Positions 1 to 10,892 are shown, counted from the first letter of the stretch. The stretch: 64,000 bases of DNA from Candidatus Latescibacterota bacterium (GCA_963422735.1 OY730476.1:4128001-4192000), one strand, 5' to 3'. Numbers and translations: made by a program. Notes: generated by a model from the sequence alone, not told the origin.

Positions 1-432
1 CAAAGCGCGGAGAGCTTCGGCTCACAGTGCATCGTCGCGGCTATTGACGCGCTTAGGCGGCCGACCGCACCCGGCGAGCCGCCGTCGTGGGAGCTATACA
101 TCAACGGCGGGCGAGAGGCCACCGGCATCGACGCCCTAGAGTGGGTGGAGGCCCTCGTCGATCGCGGAGCGGGCGAGTTGGTACTCAACAGCATCGACGC
201 CGACGGGACGCGCGCCGGGTACGACCTCGCACTAAACCAAGCAGTGGCGCGCCGCGTAGATGTGCCCATCGTCGCCTCGGGCGGTGCCGGCAACCTCGAC
301 CACATTCACGAGGTGCTGACCGCGGGCGAGGCCAGCGCCGCGCTGGCGGCGTCCATCTTCCACTTCCAGCATTATTCAATTCCCGAAGTCAAGCACTTTC
401 TGCGCGAGCGCGGGGTCATGGTGCGCCAGTGA
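1..432 (+). CDS. hisF: Imidazole glycerol phosphate synthase cyclase subunit (5' truncated by window edge)
   Basis: Frame 1 reads FGSQCIVAAIDA...GAGELVLNSIDADGTRAGYDL...PIVASGGAG...ALAASIFH, the HisF C-terminal half. Confidence 0.95.
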   Translation, partial: QSAESFGSQCIVAAIDALRRPTAPGEPPSWELYINGGREATGIDALEWVEALVDRGAGELVLNSIDADGTRAGYDLALNQAVARRVDVPIVASGGAGNLDHIHEVLTAGEASAALAASIFHFQHYSIPEVKHFLRERGVMVRQ

Positions 433-1574
433 CCGAGGCAAGCCAAGTGCCGCGACAGGCACTGATGAGCCAAGTGCAGCGGCTGGTAGTCAAGATCGGC
501 AGCAGTGCCCTGACTACTCGGTGCCACAAGCTCGACGATGAAGTCGTCGCACAGCTCGTCGAAGATGTAGTCGAACTGCGCTCACAAGGCTTGGAGGTGG
601 CAATCGTCACCTCGGGGGCGGTGGCCGTGGGCATGGGGCGGATGGAGTTGGACAAACGCCCGGACAACATCGCCCAACTACAAGCTCTCGCGGCCATCGG
701 CCAAGTCCTGTTGATGGATATCTACAAGGCCAAGTTCCGCCACCGAGGTGTGCCCATCGGCCAAGTGCTCCTAACCGCCGAGGATATCCTCGGCGACCGC
801 CATCGCTACGTAAATCTCGAAAACACCTTTCGCAACCTCTTCGCCTATGGGGCCGTGCCCCTAATCAACGAAAACGACAGCGTCGCCGTTGCCGAATTGC
901 GGCGGAAACTCGGAGAAAACGACATGCTCGCCGCTTATGTGACGAACCTGATCCGGGCGGATATGTTGGTCATTTTCTCGGATGTCGAGGGCCTTTACCA
1001 CGCCTTTGGCCTGCGCGGCCCCGAAGGCAAGCTAGTGAGCCAAGTGAGCCAAGACAGCCTCGACCTAGAGGGGATGACTGGCCGTTCGCTCGACGGGCGC
1101 GGCCGCGGCGGCATGGCGACTAAGCTACGGGCCGCTCGGCTCTTGATGACCTGCGGCGAGATGGCGATCATCGCTCACGGGCGCAAACACCGGTTGCGCC
1201 ACATCCTCGCTGGCCGCGAGCAGGGGACGCTCTTTCTGCCGACTGGCCGCAAGCTCAACAGCCGACATCGTTGGATCGGCTTTGCCAGCCAGTGCCGCGG
1301 CAGTGCGGTGATCGACCGCGGCGCCCAACGCGCCATCGCCGAGCAAGACAAGAGTCTGCTCCCGGTGGGGGTCGTCTCCTGCGAGGGCGAGTTTGCCACC
1401 GGAGATGTGGTGCAGGTGATCGGCGAGCGCGGCGAGAAGCTGGGGCGGGGATTGTGCCGCTACTCGGCCTCTGAGCTGCGCCGCATATTAGGCATGACCT
1501 CGCCCGAAGTCGCAAGCGCCTTGGGTTGCCCCGCCCGCGAAGTCATCCACCGCGACGACCTCGTCTTATTTTAA
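429..1574 (+). CDS. proB: Glutamate 5-kinase with C-terminal PUA domain
   Basis: VVKIGSS, VTSGAVA, INENDSV, GGMATKL, SLLPVGV, VIHRDDLV motifs; GTG start overlaps the hisF stop (GTGA). Confidence 0.95.
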   Translation: MTEASQVPRQALMSQVQRLVVKIGSSALTTRCHKLDDEVVAQLVEDVVELRSQGLEVAIVTSGAVAVGMGRMELDKRPDNIAQLQALAAIGQVLLMDIYKAKFRHRGVPIGQVLLTAEDILGDRHRYVNLENTFRNLFAYGAVPLINENDSVAVAELRRKLGENDMLAAYVTNLIRADMLVIFSDVEGLYHAFGLRGPEGKLVSQVSQDSLDLEGMTGRSLDGRGRGGMATKLRAARLLMTCGEMAIIAHGRKHRLRHILAGREQGTLFLPTGRKLNSRHRWIGFASQCRGSAVIDRGAQRAIAEQDKSLLPVGVVSCEGEFATGDVVQVIGERGEKLGRGLCRYSASELRRILGMTSPEVASALGCPAREVIHRDDLVLF

Positions 1575-1582
1575 TTATTGAC

Positions 1583-1864
1583 GTGACTAAAGCGGCCAAA
1601 ATTTTGCTGATCGCCTTCCTTGCTCTGGTGGCTTACGTGGCCTTTGGCAATGGGCTGTTATGCAAGGTATGGCAGGAAGAGAAATCCCTAGCGGAGCGCG
1701 AAGCACAGGTGAGCCAACTACAGGCCGAAACCGACAGCTTGCGCCAAGTGCTAAAATTGCTCAAAGGCGACATAGATTTCCTCGAAAGGGTCGCACGCGA
1801 AGATCTCGGCTTGGTCAAACCGGGCGAGGTGGTTATTCCCCTGCCTGCGGAAGAGGGCGATTAA
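1583..1864 (+). CDS. Septum formation initiator, FtsB/DivIC family
   Basis: N-terminal TM helix, coiled coil, ERVAREDLGLVKPGE signature. Confidence 0.85.
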   Translation: MTKAAKILLIAFLALVAYVAFGNGLLCKVWQEEKSLAEREAQVSQLQAETDSLRQVLKLLKGDIDFLERVAREDLGLVKPGEVVIPLPAEEGD

Positions 1865-1868
1865 CTCT

Positions 1869-2648
1869 ATGCCGCGCACTATCGTCAAAGCACACGCTAT
1901 CGTGCTGCGCACCATGCGCATGGGCGAGACTAGCAGCCTAGTGACGTTGTACGCTCAGGAGTACGGCAAACTCAAGGCCATGGCCCGGGGTGCCCGCAAG
2001 CCCAAGAGCCGGTTCGGCGCTGCGCTCGGTCTAATGACCGAAGTCCAAGCCATCTGCTACGTCAAAGAAACCCGCGATCTGCAAACCCTTAGCGAATGCA
2101 CTCTGCTCAAACCAGCACCCGACCTATCGCAAAGCCTAGAGCGACTTTCCTTTGGCAGTGCTGCCTGCGAGTTGGTTGACCGCCTGACGATCGAAGGCGA
2201 GAGCAACCCCCGGCTCTACCAGTGCCTATCCGGGGTGTTGCACGGGCTTGCCGAGGTAGAGCCAGAGCAAGTCGAATCGCTGTTCTGGTACTTTGAGCTA
2301 CGCGCCGCTGCGGCCCTCGGCTACCGCCCAGAGCTGCGCCAGTGTACTGCCTGCCAACGCGAGTTGGTCGGCCCCTCGTCGTGGTTCAGCGCGGCCCTAG
2401 GGGGCGGCCTATGCACTGCCTGTGGCCCTCGGAACGGAGTGCGTTTAGCCCAGCGCAGCTTGCGCTTTCTCACCGTCCTCCAGGGCCTTAGGACCTACAG
2501 CAAGGAGGCTCTCCCCCAAGCCCCTTCCCAGCGCGGCGAGATCCGCATGGCTTTGCGCGGCTTTCTAGAGTACCACGGGGGCGAGCACAGCCGGCTCAAA
2601 TCGCTCGACTTTCTCGATAGCCTCAACAAGGCCGTCTTACCCGCCTAA
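1869..2648 (+). CDS. recO: DNA repair protein RecO
   Basis: AIVLR...GETS...GKL..MARGARKPKSRFG N-terminus; GYRPELRQCTAC and GGGLCTAC zinc-finger pairs. Confidence 0.93.
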   Translation: MPRTIVKAHAIVLRTMRMGETSSLVTLYAQEYGKLKAMARGARKPKSRFGAALGLMTEVQAICYVKETRDLQTLSECTLLKPAPDLSQSLERLSFGSAACELVDRLTIEGESNPRLYQCLSGVLHGLAEVEPEQVESLFWYFELRAAAALGYRPELRQCTACQRELVGPSSWFSAALGGGLCTACGPRNGVRLAQRSLRFLTVLQGLRTYSKEALPQAPSQRGEIRMALRGFLEYHGGEHSRLKSLDFLDSLNKAVLPA

Positions 2649-2664
2649 CTCATTGGAGATTTTC

Positions 2665-4038
2665 ATGTCCGACGACGCAATGGAAAAACTAGTATCCCTG
2701 TGCAAACGCAAAGGCTTCATCTTCCAAAGCTCGGAAATCTACGGTGGGCTCAACGGCTGCTGGGATTACGGCCCTTTGGGCGTCGAGCTGTTGCGCAACA
2801 TCAAAGAGGTCTGGTGGAAGGCCATGACCTACCGAGAGGACATAGAGGGCATCGATGCCAGCATCCTCATGAATCAGCGAGTGTGGGAGGCATCGGGCCA
2901 CGTCGATAGCTTTACCGACCCCATGGTCGAAGATCGCAAGACCAATGAGCGCTTTCGGCTCGACCAGATCCTCGAAGAAAATGGCATTGACGTAGCGGGC
3001 CTGAGTGCCGATGAGATGGGTGCGCTGCTGCGCGAGCGCGACATCAAGAGCAAGAAGGGCAACGAACTGAGCGACCCGCGGCAATTCAACCTGATGTTCA
3101 AGACCTTCGTCGGCCCGCTCGAAGACGACAGTGCGCGGGTCTTTCTCCGCCCGGAGACAGCGCAGGGCATCTTTGTCAACTACCTCAACGTGCAGGCGGC
3201 CACGCGCCAGAAGCTGCCCTTTGGCATTGCCCAGATCGGCAAGGCATTCCGCAACGAGATCAACACTAAAAACTTCCTCTTCCGCACTCGAGAATTCGAG
3301 CAGATGGAGATGCAATACTTCGTCGCGCCCGGCACCCAAGACGAGTGGTTCGACTATTGGCGCGAGGAGCGCTGGAAGTGGTTTGTGCAAATCGGCCTGC
3401 CCGAGGGCAAGTTGAGCTGGCACGCACACCAAGGCGACGAACTGGCCCACTATGCCCGCGCCGCCTTCGACATCCAGTACGAGTTTCCCTTTGGCCCGGG
3501 CGAGCTTGAGGGCATCCACAATCGCGGCGACTACGATTTGTCGCAGCACGAAGCGTTTTCGGGCAAACAGCTCAAATACTTCGACGAGGAGCAGCGCACA
3601 AAGTTCGTACCCTACGTAGTAGAAACCTCAATAGGGGCCAGCCGCACGCTAATGGCCTGCCTAGTCGAAGCATACCACGAGGAAGAGGTCCGGGGCGATA
3701 CCCGGGTAGTGATGCGCTTTCACCCGCGCATTGCGCCGATCAAAGCGGCGGTATTGCCCCTCGTCAAGCGCGACGGCATGCCCGCTATCGCCCGGCAAGT
3801 CGCCGAGGATCTCCGGCCGTACATGCGGGTTTTTTACGACGAGGGGGGCGCGATCGGCCGTCGCTACCGGCGCATGGACGAGGTGGGGACGCCGTTCTGC
3901 CTAACGGTCGATTCGGACACCCTAGAGGACCAGACCGTCACCGTGCGAGCTCGCGACACCATGGCCCAAGAGCGGGTGCCCATAGCCGAGTTGTGCGCCC
4001 ACCTTGAAAGCCGCATGGGCTCTTGGCAAATCCCTTGA
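2665..4038 (+). CDS. glyQS: Glycine--tRNA ligase, homodimeric (alpha2) type
   Basis: SSEIYGG, DYGPLG, FNLMFKT, LRPETAQGIF, FRTREFEQME, IGRRYRRMDEVGTP. Confidence 0.96.
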   Translation: MSDDAMEKLVSLCKRKGFIFQSSEIYGGLNGCWDYGPLGVELLRNIKEVWWKAMTYREDIEGIDASILMNQRVWEASGHVDSFTDPMVEDRKTNERFRLDQILEENGIDVAGLSADEMGALLRERDIKSKKGNELSDPRQFNLMFKTFVGPLEDDSARVFLRPETAQGIFVNYLNVQAATRQKLPFGIAQIGKAFRNEINTKNFLFRTREFEQMEMQYFVAPGTQDEWFDYWREERWKWFVQIGLPEGKLSWHAHQGDELAHYARAAFDIQYEFPFGPGELEGIHNRGDYDLSQHEAFSGKQLKYFDEEQRTKFVPYVVETSIGASRTLMACLVEAYHEEEVRGDTRVVMRFHPRIAPIKAAVLPLVKRDGMPAIARQVAEDLRPYMRVFYDEGGAIGRRYRRMDEVGTPFCLTVDSDTLEDQTVTVRARDTMAQERVPIAELCAHLESRMGSWQIP

Positions 4039-4130
4039 CCCGGTAGTATAAATCCTGATATTATCCTTCGCGCTTGGGATATAACTCTCCCTAGGCGCAA
4101 ACTGTCGCATTGCGATATGTATCCGGTATA

Positions 4131-4217
4131 GCGAAAGTGGCGGAACTGGTAGACGCGCTAGACTTAGGATCTAGTGCCCGAAAGGGCATGGGGGTTCGAG
4201 TCCCCCCTTTCGCACCA
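4131..4217 (+). tRNA. tRNA-Leu (anticodon TAG)
   Basis: GCGAAAG/CTTTCGC acceptor stem with encoded CCA, anticodon stem CTAGA/TCTAG with loop CTTAGGA, long variable arm, GGTTCGAGTCC T-arm; usual position upstream of tig. Confidence 0.97.
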
Positions 4218-4281
4218 TGACATAGACAAGTGCACTGTCCGCGATCCGGCGGTGCGCCTAGCCTTATAAGGGTTGCTTTTC

Positions 4282-5523
4282 GTGAAGACTCATGTCACAG
4301 AGAAGGGCCAATGGGCACGCGAGTTGGCCGTTGAAGTCGAGGCGGTGCGCCTCGACGACGCCTTCAGTAGGGCACTGCGCCGATACCAAAAGCGGCTGGA
4401 GATCCCAGGCTTCCGCAAGGGCAAAGTGCCGCTCAGAATAGTCGAGGCGCGCTTTGGTAGTTCCATCCGCGGCGAAGTCCTCGGTGATCTCCTCCCCTCG
4501 CTGCTAGAAGAGGCCGTACGCGAGGCGGGCCTGCGACCGGCTGCGCCGCCCAAAATTTCCCAACTCGACCATGAGCCGGGGGGAAGCCTAACGTTCACGG
4601 CGGATCTTGACATCTGGCCCGAAATCAAAGCTGAGCACTACGAAAAGCTCGCTGCCACCCGCATGGTTCACGAGGTGGCCGACGAGGAGGTTGGCGAGCA
4701 CCTAGAGGAGTTGCGCCGCCGCCACGCCACCGAGCGAGTCGTCGAGCGGCCATTGGCCAAGGGCGACGTGCTCGTTGCGGATTTGCAGCGACTCGACGAG
4801 AGCGGCCTGCCCGTCATTGGCGATAAGTATGAGAAGCGCCACATCCTCATCGGCGACGAGAATGCCCTCAGCCCCGAGTTTGAAGAGGCCCTCGTCGGCA
4901 TGGGCACCGGCGAAGAGCGCAAGGTCCGCTTCGCCTATCGAGAGGACCTGCCCAACCAACAGCTCACCGGCCAGACCGCGCATTTCGCAGTGGCAGCCCA
5001 CGAGGTGCGCGAGCGCACTTTGCCCGAGCTCGACGACGAGTTCGCCAAGGACCTTGGCGAGCATTTCCAGACCCTCGACGGCTTGCGCCAGCATCTCAGC
5101 GGGCAAATCCAAGAGCGCTGGGAATACATGGCCCAACAGCGCCTGCACAGCGAATTGATCAGCCAGCTCATCAAAAAAAACGACTTTGACCTGCCCGAGA
5201 GCATGGTCGATAACTATCTCCACTCGCTTGAGCGAGAGCAGGCCAATCACGACCACGACCACGACCACGACCACAGCGACGAAGAGCGCACCCAAGCCAC
5301 GCGCCAACTCAAGAGCCATCTGCTGCTCGAAAGCGTGCGCCAACAAGCCGGGGTCGAAGTGACGGACGCGGAGTTTGCCCAATTCGCCGCCGAGCGCGCC
5401 GCCCGCGCCGGCGTCCAACCCTCCGACTTGCAGAACGCGGAGGGATTGCGGCGGGAGTTGGAAGACCAAAAGGTCTTTGATTTGCTCGTCGCCAAAGCCG
5501 AAATCAAAGAGGAAAAGGTATAA
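4282..5523 (+). CDS. tig: Trigger factor
   Basis: IPGFRKGKVP ribosome-binding signature, FKBP-like middle domain, ELDDEFAK; upstream of clpPX. Confidence 0.95.
   Translation: MKTHVTEKGQWARELAVEVEAVRLDDAFSRALRRYQKRLEIPGFRKGKVPLRIVEARFGSSIRGEVLGDLLPSLLEEAVREAGLRPAAPPKISQLDHEPGGSLTFTADLDIWPEIKAEHYEKLAATRMVHEVADEEVGEHLEELRRRHATERVVERPLAKGDVLVADLQRLDESGLPVIGDKYEKRHILIGDENALSPEFEEALVGMGTGEERKVRFAYREDLPNQQLTGQTAHFAVAAHEVRERTLPELDDEFAKDLGEHFQTLDGLRQHLSGQIQERWEYMAQQRLHSELISQLIKKNDFDLPESMVDNYLHSLEREQANHDHDHDHDHSDEERTQATRQLKSHLLLESVRQQAGVEVTDAEFAQFAAERAARAGVQPSDLQNAEGLRRELEDQKVFDLLVAKAEIKEEKV
5248..5274 (+). repeat. (CACGAC)x4 + CAC hexamer repeat encoding a His-Asp tract in trigger factor
   Basis: Read directly; translates HDHDHDHDH. 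Confidence 0.9.
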
Positions 5524-5526
5524 ATC

Positions 5527-6135
5527 ATGTCGCTGATTCCAATGGTCATCGAACAGACGGGCCGAGGAGAGCGCTCATACGACATCTACTCACGGCTGCT
5601 CAAGGAGCGCATCATCTTTGCGGGTACTCCGATCAACGACGCGATCGCCAATCTCATCATCGCCCAGATGCTCTTTCTCGCTTCTGAAGATCCCAAAAAG
5701 GACATTGCGCTCTATCTCAATACCCCCGGCGGGCTGATCTCGGCGGGCATGGCCATCTACGACACTATGCAATACGTGGCCTCCGACATAGCCACGATCT
5801 GCATCGGCCAAGCATCCAGCATGGGAGCCGTGCTATTGGCCGGGGGCACCAAGGGCAAGCGCCAGGCCCTGCCCAACGCCCGCGTCTTGCTGCACCAGCC
5901 CATAGGCGGGATCGGCGGCCAAGCGGCCGATGTGGAGATCCACGCCCGCGAGATCATCGCCATGCGCCAGCAGATCAACGAGGTGTTAGTCGAGTGTACC
6001 GGGCAGCTGATGGAACGCATTGAGCGCGACACCGAGCGCGACTTTTTTATGTCGGCCGAAGAAGCCGTCGAATACGGCATCATCGACGAGATCATCGCTC
6101 CATCTCGCGTCGAGGTAGCCCCTTCCTCAGTATAG
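5527..6135 (+). CDS. clpP: ATP-dependent Clp protease proteolytic subunit
   Basis: [44 protein letters not shown]. Confidence 0.97.
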   Translation: MSLIPMVIEQTGRGERSYDIYSRLLKERIIFAGTPINDAIANLIIAQMLFLASEDPKKDIALYLNTPGGLISAGMAIYDTMQYVASDIATICIGQASSMGAVLLAGGTKGKRQALPNARVLLHQPIGGIGGQAADVEIHAREIIAMRQQINEVLVECTGQLMERIERDTERDFFMSAEEAVEYGIIDEIIAPSRVEVAPSSV

Positions 6136-6144
6136 GAGCCTATT

Positions 6145-7392
6145 TTGCGTCGCCGGCCCCCCCAAAGCGATCCGCGCTGCTCGTTCTGCGGGCGCAACCA
6201 CAACCAAGTTGACAAGATCATAACCGGTCCCCAGGTCCACATCTGCAACGAGTGCGTCAAGCTGTGCAACGACGTATTGTCCGAGGAGCGGCAAAAGACC
6301 CTCCCTTGGGAGACCGCAGAGATGCCCAAGCCGACCCAAATCAAGGATTTTCTCGACGAATACGTGATCGCCCAAGAGCGGGCCAAGAAAATCCTCGCGG
6401 TCGCCGTGTACAACCACTACAAGCGCATTCGCACCAAAGTTGACTTAGACGAGGTGGAGCTCGAAAAAAGCAACGTAATGCTCATCGGCCCCACCGGCAC
6501 TGGCAAGACCGAGCTGGCCAAAACCCTCGCAAAATTTCTGCAAGTCCCCTTCTCCATTGCCGACGCCACCATTCTCACCGAGGCCGGCTATGTAGGCGAG
6601 GACGTGGAGAACATCCTCGTGGGCCTTTTGCAAGCGGCAGACTACGACGTGCCACGCGCCGAAAAGGGCATCCTCTATCTCGACGAGGTTGACAAGATCG
6701 CCCGCAAGAGTGCCACGCCTTCGGTCGGCCGCGACGTGTCAGGCGAGGGGGTGCAGCAAGCACTGCTCAAAATTTTGGAGGGCACCACCGCCAACATCCC
6801 GCCCAAGGGGGGCCGCAAGCATCCTGAGCAGCCGATGATCCAGATGGATACCCGCAATATCCTCTTCGTTTGCGGCGGGGCCTTCGAGGGGCTGGACAAG
6901 GTCATCAGCCAACGGGTCGGCAAGCGCACCATGGGCTTTGGGGCCGACGGCGACGAAAGCAGCCTAGACGCCCCGGACGTATTGCCGCTGGTGCAGCCCG
7001 AAGATCTGCTTGCCTACGGCATGATCCCCGAGTTTGTCGGCCGCGTACCGGTAATCACCACTATGGACGCGCTCGCCGAGGACGACTTGTTCCGCATCCT
7101 CACCGAGCCGCACGACGCCATCATCAAGCAGTTGCAGCGGCTCTTCGCCATGGACGGGGTCGAGGTTGAGTTTACAGAGGAAGCCCTGCGCAAGATAGTG
7201 GCCCTAACCGTTCACAAGGGCACCGGGGCCCGCGGTCTGCGCTCCGTCCTAGAGCAGGCCATGATGGACATCATGTTCGACATTCCCTCTCAGGAAGGCG
7301 TGACGCGCCTGCAAGTTACGGGCGAGATGATCGAAAGCGGGATCGCGCAGTACAGCAGCGAAGACGAAGAGATACGGCGCAAACGCGCCTGA
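6145..7392 (+). CDS. clpX: ATP-dependent Clp protease ATP-binding subunit
   Basis: CSFC/CNEC zinc finger, GPTGTGKT Walker [26 protein letters not shown]; TTG start after AGGAG. Confidence 0.97.
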   Translation: MRRRPPQSDPRCSFCGRNHNQVDKIITGPQVHICNECVKLCNDVLSEERQKTLPWETAEMPKPTQIKDFLDEYVIAQERAKKILAVAVYNHYKRIRTKVDLDEVELEKSNVMLIGPTGTGKTELAKTLAKFLQVPFSIADATILTEAGYVGEDVENILVGLLQAADYDVPRAEKGILYLDEVDKIARKSATPSVGRDVSGEGVQQALLKILEGTTANIPPKGGRKHPEQPMIQMDTRNILFVCGGAFEGLDKVISQRVGKRTMGFGADGDESSLDAPDVLPLVQPEDLLAYGMIPEFVGRVPVITTMDALAEDDLFRILTEPHDAIIKQLQRLFAMDGVEVEFTEEALRKIVALTVHKGTGARGLRSVLEQAMMDIMFDIPSQEGVTRLQVTGEMIESGIAQYSSEDEEIRRKRA

Positions 7393-7408
7393 TCTTCAAG
7401 CCCCGGCG

Positions 7409-8002
7409 ATGCGCTTTTCCTCTGTCGAATTCAAAATTAGTGCCGTCCGCACGGCAGATCTGCCCAAGGACGGCTTGCCCGAAATCGCCTTAGTGGGCCG
7501 CTCTAACGTCGGCAAGTCTTCCCTGATCAACAGGTTGGTGCAGCGCAAAAAGCTGGCGCGCACCAGCACTGTACCCGGCAAGACCCAGCAGTTGAACTAC
7601 TATCTGGCCAACGAGCAGTTCTACTTGGTCGATCTGCCTGGCTACGGGTACGTGCATGGCGGCGTGGGCTTGCGCTTGCAGCTCGGCCGGCTCATTCGCC
7701 GCTACATGACCAACCGCGAGGCATTGTGCGCGGTGTTGCAGCTCGTCGATGCCCGGCGCGGCCCCACCGATTTAGATAGGCAGATGATCGACGAATTGCG
7801 CTCCCTCGATAAGCCCTTCCTGCTGGTCTTTACTAAGGCCGACAAACTGTCGCACAATAAGTTGCAACTCCTATTCGACCAACTCGATGCCCGAGGATCG
7901 CTCGCCGGCCTTTCCTTTGTGCCTTTCTCGGCGGCTGACGGCCGCGGGCAGGACGACATTACAGGGTGGATCGCCGAGGCACTAGTCGGCAACGCAATCT
8001 GA
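7409..8002 (+). CDS. engB: Ribosome biogenesis GTPase YihA/YsxC
   Basis: GRSNVGKSSLIN, PGKTQ, VDLPGYGY, TKADK. Confidence 0.93.
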   Translation: MRFSSVEFKISAVRTADLPKDGLPEIALVGRSNVGKSSLINRLVQRKKLARTSTVPGKTQQLNYYLANEQFYLVDLPGYGYVHGGVGLRLQLGRLIRRYMTNREALCAVLQLVDARRGPTDLDRQMIDELRSLDKPFLLVFTKADKLSHNKLQLLFDQLDARGSLAGLSFVPFSAADGRGQDDITGWIAEALVGNAI

Positions 8003-8012
8003 AGAGGACCAT

Positions 8013-9593
8013 TTGAAAGTATTGATCAGCGACAAGATGGACCCCCGCTGCGTCGAGATCCTCGAAGCCAATGACGGGATCTCGGTTGACGTGTGCAGCG
8101 GGTTGTCGCCGAGCGCACTTATAGACTGCATCGGCGACTACGAGGGACTAGTCGTGCGCAGCGCGACCAAAGTGACGGGCGAGGTGCTTGCCGCCGCGCC
8201 GCGCCTGCGGGTCATTGGCCGCGCTGGCACGGGCTTCGACAACATCGACGTAGAGGCGGCAACCCGCCGCGGCGTCATCGTCATGAACACCCCGGGCGGC
8301 AATTCCCTATCGACCGCCGAGCACACCTTCGCGCTCATGGCCTCTCTTGCGCGGCACATCCCGCAGGCGACGGCCTCGCTTAAAAAGGGACTGTGGGAAC
8401 GGAGCCAATTCGTCGGCGTCGAGTTGGCTGGCAAGACCCTCGCCGTGGTCGGCTTGGGCCGAGTGGGGAGGGAGGTGGCCGCGCGCGCGGCGGCCTTTCA
8501 GATGAAAGTCCTCGGCTGCGATCCCTATATCGGCCAAGAGGTTGCCCTTTCCTGCGGCGCGCATCTTGCGTCCCTCGACGAACTCTACGCTACCGCGGAT
8601 TTTATCACCGTCCACACCCATCTCAGCGACCAGACCCGGCACCTGATTTCCGACGCCGAGATCGCTCGGTGCAAAGACGGAGTTTATCTAATCAACTGCG
8701 CTCGCGGCGGCATCATTGACGAAGCCGCACTCCTGCGCGGCTTGGCCTCGGGCAAGGTCGCTGGTGCCGCCTTAGACGTCTTCGAGGAGGAGCCGCCGAC
8801 TCTCGTGGACCTCTTGGTTGACGACCGCGTGATCTGCACACCGCACTTGGCGGCTTCCACAAAGGAAGCCCAAGCCAATGTCGCCTTGCAGGTGGCCGAG
8901 CAGGTCGGCGACGTGATGATGGGCCGCGTCATTCGCAACGCGGTCAATGCCCCTTCGCTCGATCCCGAAATCCACGGCAAGCTACAGCCCTACCTCTTGT
9001 TAGCCGAGCGGCTGGGGCGCCTGCAAGCCCAACTCGGCGAGGGACAGCTAGAGCGCATCACCATCGAATACCAAGGCGATGTCACTGCCTACCCGACCTC
9101 GCCGCTGACCTCGGCCGTACTCAAGGGCATTATGGAAACCGTCTCGGACGCGGCAGTCAATGTGGTCAACGCGCTGCTTTTCGCGCAGGAGCGCGGCGTG
9201 CAAGTCGATGAGCGGCTCAGCAGCGAGCACGAGGATTACGCGAGCCTCATCACCGTGGTGTATCACACGAACAAGGGGCAGCGCCTGCTCGCAGGCACAC
9301 TCTTCGGCAAGAGCGACCCGCGCCTCGTGCGCCTCGACGAGTACAGCTTCGATGCCGTCCCAGAGGGGCACATGCTCTTTTACGTCAACGACGATGTCCC
9401 GGGCATCATCGGCCAAATCGGCACGGTCATGGGGAGCCACGAGGTCAATATCGCCCAAATGTCGTGCGGGCGTCGCCAAATGGGCGGCCAAGCCCTGACC
9501 ATCCTCAACGTCGATGACCCGATCACCACCGACGTAGTTGACGATATTCTCTCTCGGGAGTACATCTCCTGGGCCAAACAAGTCAGTCTTTAA
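8013..9593 (+). CDS. serA: D-3-phosphoglycerate dehydrogenase with ASB and ACT domains
   Basis: VRSATKV, GRAGTG.DNID, GLGRVG, NCARGG, TPHLAAST, DVPGIIG. Confidence 0.95.
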   Translation: MKVLISDKMDPRCVEILEANDGISVDVCSGLSPSALIDCIGDYEGLVVRSATKVTGEVLAAAPRLRVIGRAGTGFDNIDVEAATRRGVIVMNTPGGNSLSTAEHTFALMASLARHIPQATASLKKGLWERSQFVGVELAGKTLAVVGLGRVGREVAARAAAFQMKVLGCDPYIGQEVALSCGAHLASLDELYATADFITVHTHLSDQTRHLISDAEIARCKDGVYLINCARGGIIDEAALLRGLASGKVAGAALDVFEEEPPTLVDLLVDDRVICTPHLAASTKEAQANVALQVAEQVGDVMMGRVIRNAVNAPSLDPEIHGKLQPYLLLAERLGRLQAQLGEGQLERITIEYQGDVTAYPTSPLTSAVLKGIMETVSDAAVNVVNALLFAQERGVQVDERLSSEHEDYASLITVVYHTNKGQRLLAGTLFGKSDPRLVRLDEYSFDAVPEGHMLFYVNDDVPGIIGQIGTVMGSHEVNIAQMSCGRRQMGGQALTILNVDDPITTDVVDDILSREYISWAKQVSL

Positions 9594-9608
9594 GCACGGG
9601 AGTACGCG

Positions 9609-10889
9609 ATGCCAGCGAAAATAGTATTAGGAGCGCAGTGGGGCGACGAAGGCAAGGCCAAGGTCGTCGATTACCTCACGCTCTCAGCCGATGTGGTGGT
9701 GCGCTATCAGGGCGGGGCCAACGCTGGCCACACGGTCGTCACCGGCGGCACCGAGTTCGTCTTCCACACCATCCCCTCGGGGATCATGCACGAAGGTAAA
9801 ATCTGCGTGGTGGGCAACGGAGTGGTCGTCGATCCAGCCACCATGCTCAATGAGATCTCCGAGCTGGAGGCCAAGGGCTTTTCAGTGGCCGGCCGCTTCT
9901 TCGTCAGCCAAATTGCCCACGTCGTAATGCCCTACCACAAGGTCTTGGAAAAGGCCGGAGAAGAGAGCGAAAACGGCGTCGCCATCGGCACGACCGGCCG
10001 CGGCATTGGCCCAGCTTACCGCGACAAAGTCGAGCGCAGCCACGGGGTGCGTGTCATGGATCTGCGCGACCCGGCGCGTTTGCGCGACAAGCTCCGGGCC
10101 AGCATTCGCGCCAAAAACGAAATCCTGACCAAGGTCTTAGGTCAAGAGCCGCTGGAGGCCAGTCCCATCATCGACGCGTACATTAGCTACGGCGAGCGGC
10201 TCGCCCCATACGTTGCCGACACCTCGGGCCTGCTCAACCAAGCCCTCGACCAAGGCAAAACCGTCCTCTGCGAAGGGGCGCAAGGGACCTTGCTCGACAT
10301 CGACCACGGGACCTATCCCTACGTCACGTCCTCGAACACCACTGCGGGTGGGGCCTGCACGGGCACGGGCATCGGACCTACGCGGATCGCCGAGGTCGTC
10401 GGCGTGGCCAAAGCGTACACCACGCGGGTGGGCAACGGGCCTTTTCCCACCGAGTTGCTAGGGGAAGAAGGCGAGCGTTTGCGCGGCTTGGGCCGCGAAT
10501 TCGGAGCCACCACCGGTAGGCCGCGGCGCTGTGGCTGGTTCGACGCCACCATCTTGCGGGTCTCGGCGCGCATCAACGGTCTAACCAGCATCGCCCTGAC
10601 TCGGCTCGACGTACTCGATTCATGCGACCGCCTCAAGGTGGGCATTGGCTACCGCTGCGGCGACCAAGTGCTGGAGGAGTTCCCCGCCGACCCGCAGGTA
10701 CTCGAACAATGCGAGCCAATCTACGAAGAGGTCGAAGGCTGGCGTACTCCAACCACCCACGCGCGCCGCTTCGACGACCTACCGCTGCAAGCGCAGGCTT
10801 ACGTGAAGCGGGTCGCCGAGCTGAGCCGAGCGCCGGTCTCCCTGATTTCCGTAGGGCCAGAGCGCGAAGCCACCATCCCTCTCGCCTGA
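9609..10889 (+). CDS. purA: Adenylosuccinate synthetase
   Basis: GAQWGDEGK, GGANAGHT, GTTGRGIGPAY, EGAQG, GATTGRPRRCGW. Confidence 0.97.
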   Translation: MPAKIVLGAQWGDEGKAKVVDYLTLSADVVVRYQGGANAGHTVVTGGTEFVFHTIPSGIMHEGKICVVGNGVVVDPATMLNEISELEAKGFSVAGRFFVSQIAHVVMPYHKVLEKAGEESENGVAIGTTGRGIGPAYRDKVERSHGVRVMDLRDPARLRDKLRASIRAKNEILTKVLGQEPLEASPIIDAYISYGERLAPYVADTSGLLNQALDQGKTVLCEGAQGTLLDIDHGTYPYVTSSNTTAGGACTGTGIGPTRIAEVVGVAKAYTTRVGNGPFPTELLGEEGERLRGLGREFGATTGRPRRCGWFDATILRVSARINGLTSIALTRLDVLDSCDRLKVGIGYRCGDQVLEEFPADPQVLEQCEPIYEEVEGWRTPTTHARRFDDLPLQAQAYVKRVAELSRAPVSLISVGPEREATIPLA

Positions 10890-10892
10890 TCC

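Noticed and set aside
87-428. N-terminal extension of the 495-aa ORF
   Set aside because: Overlaps hisF in another frame; ProB similarity starts at GTG 429
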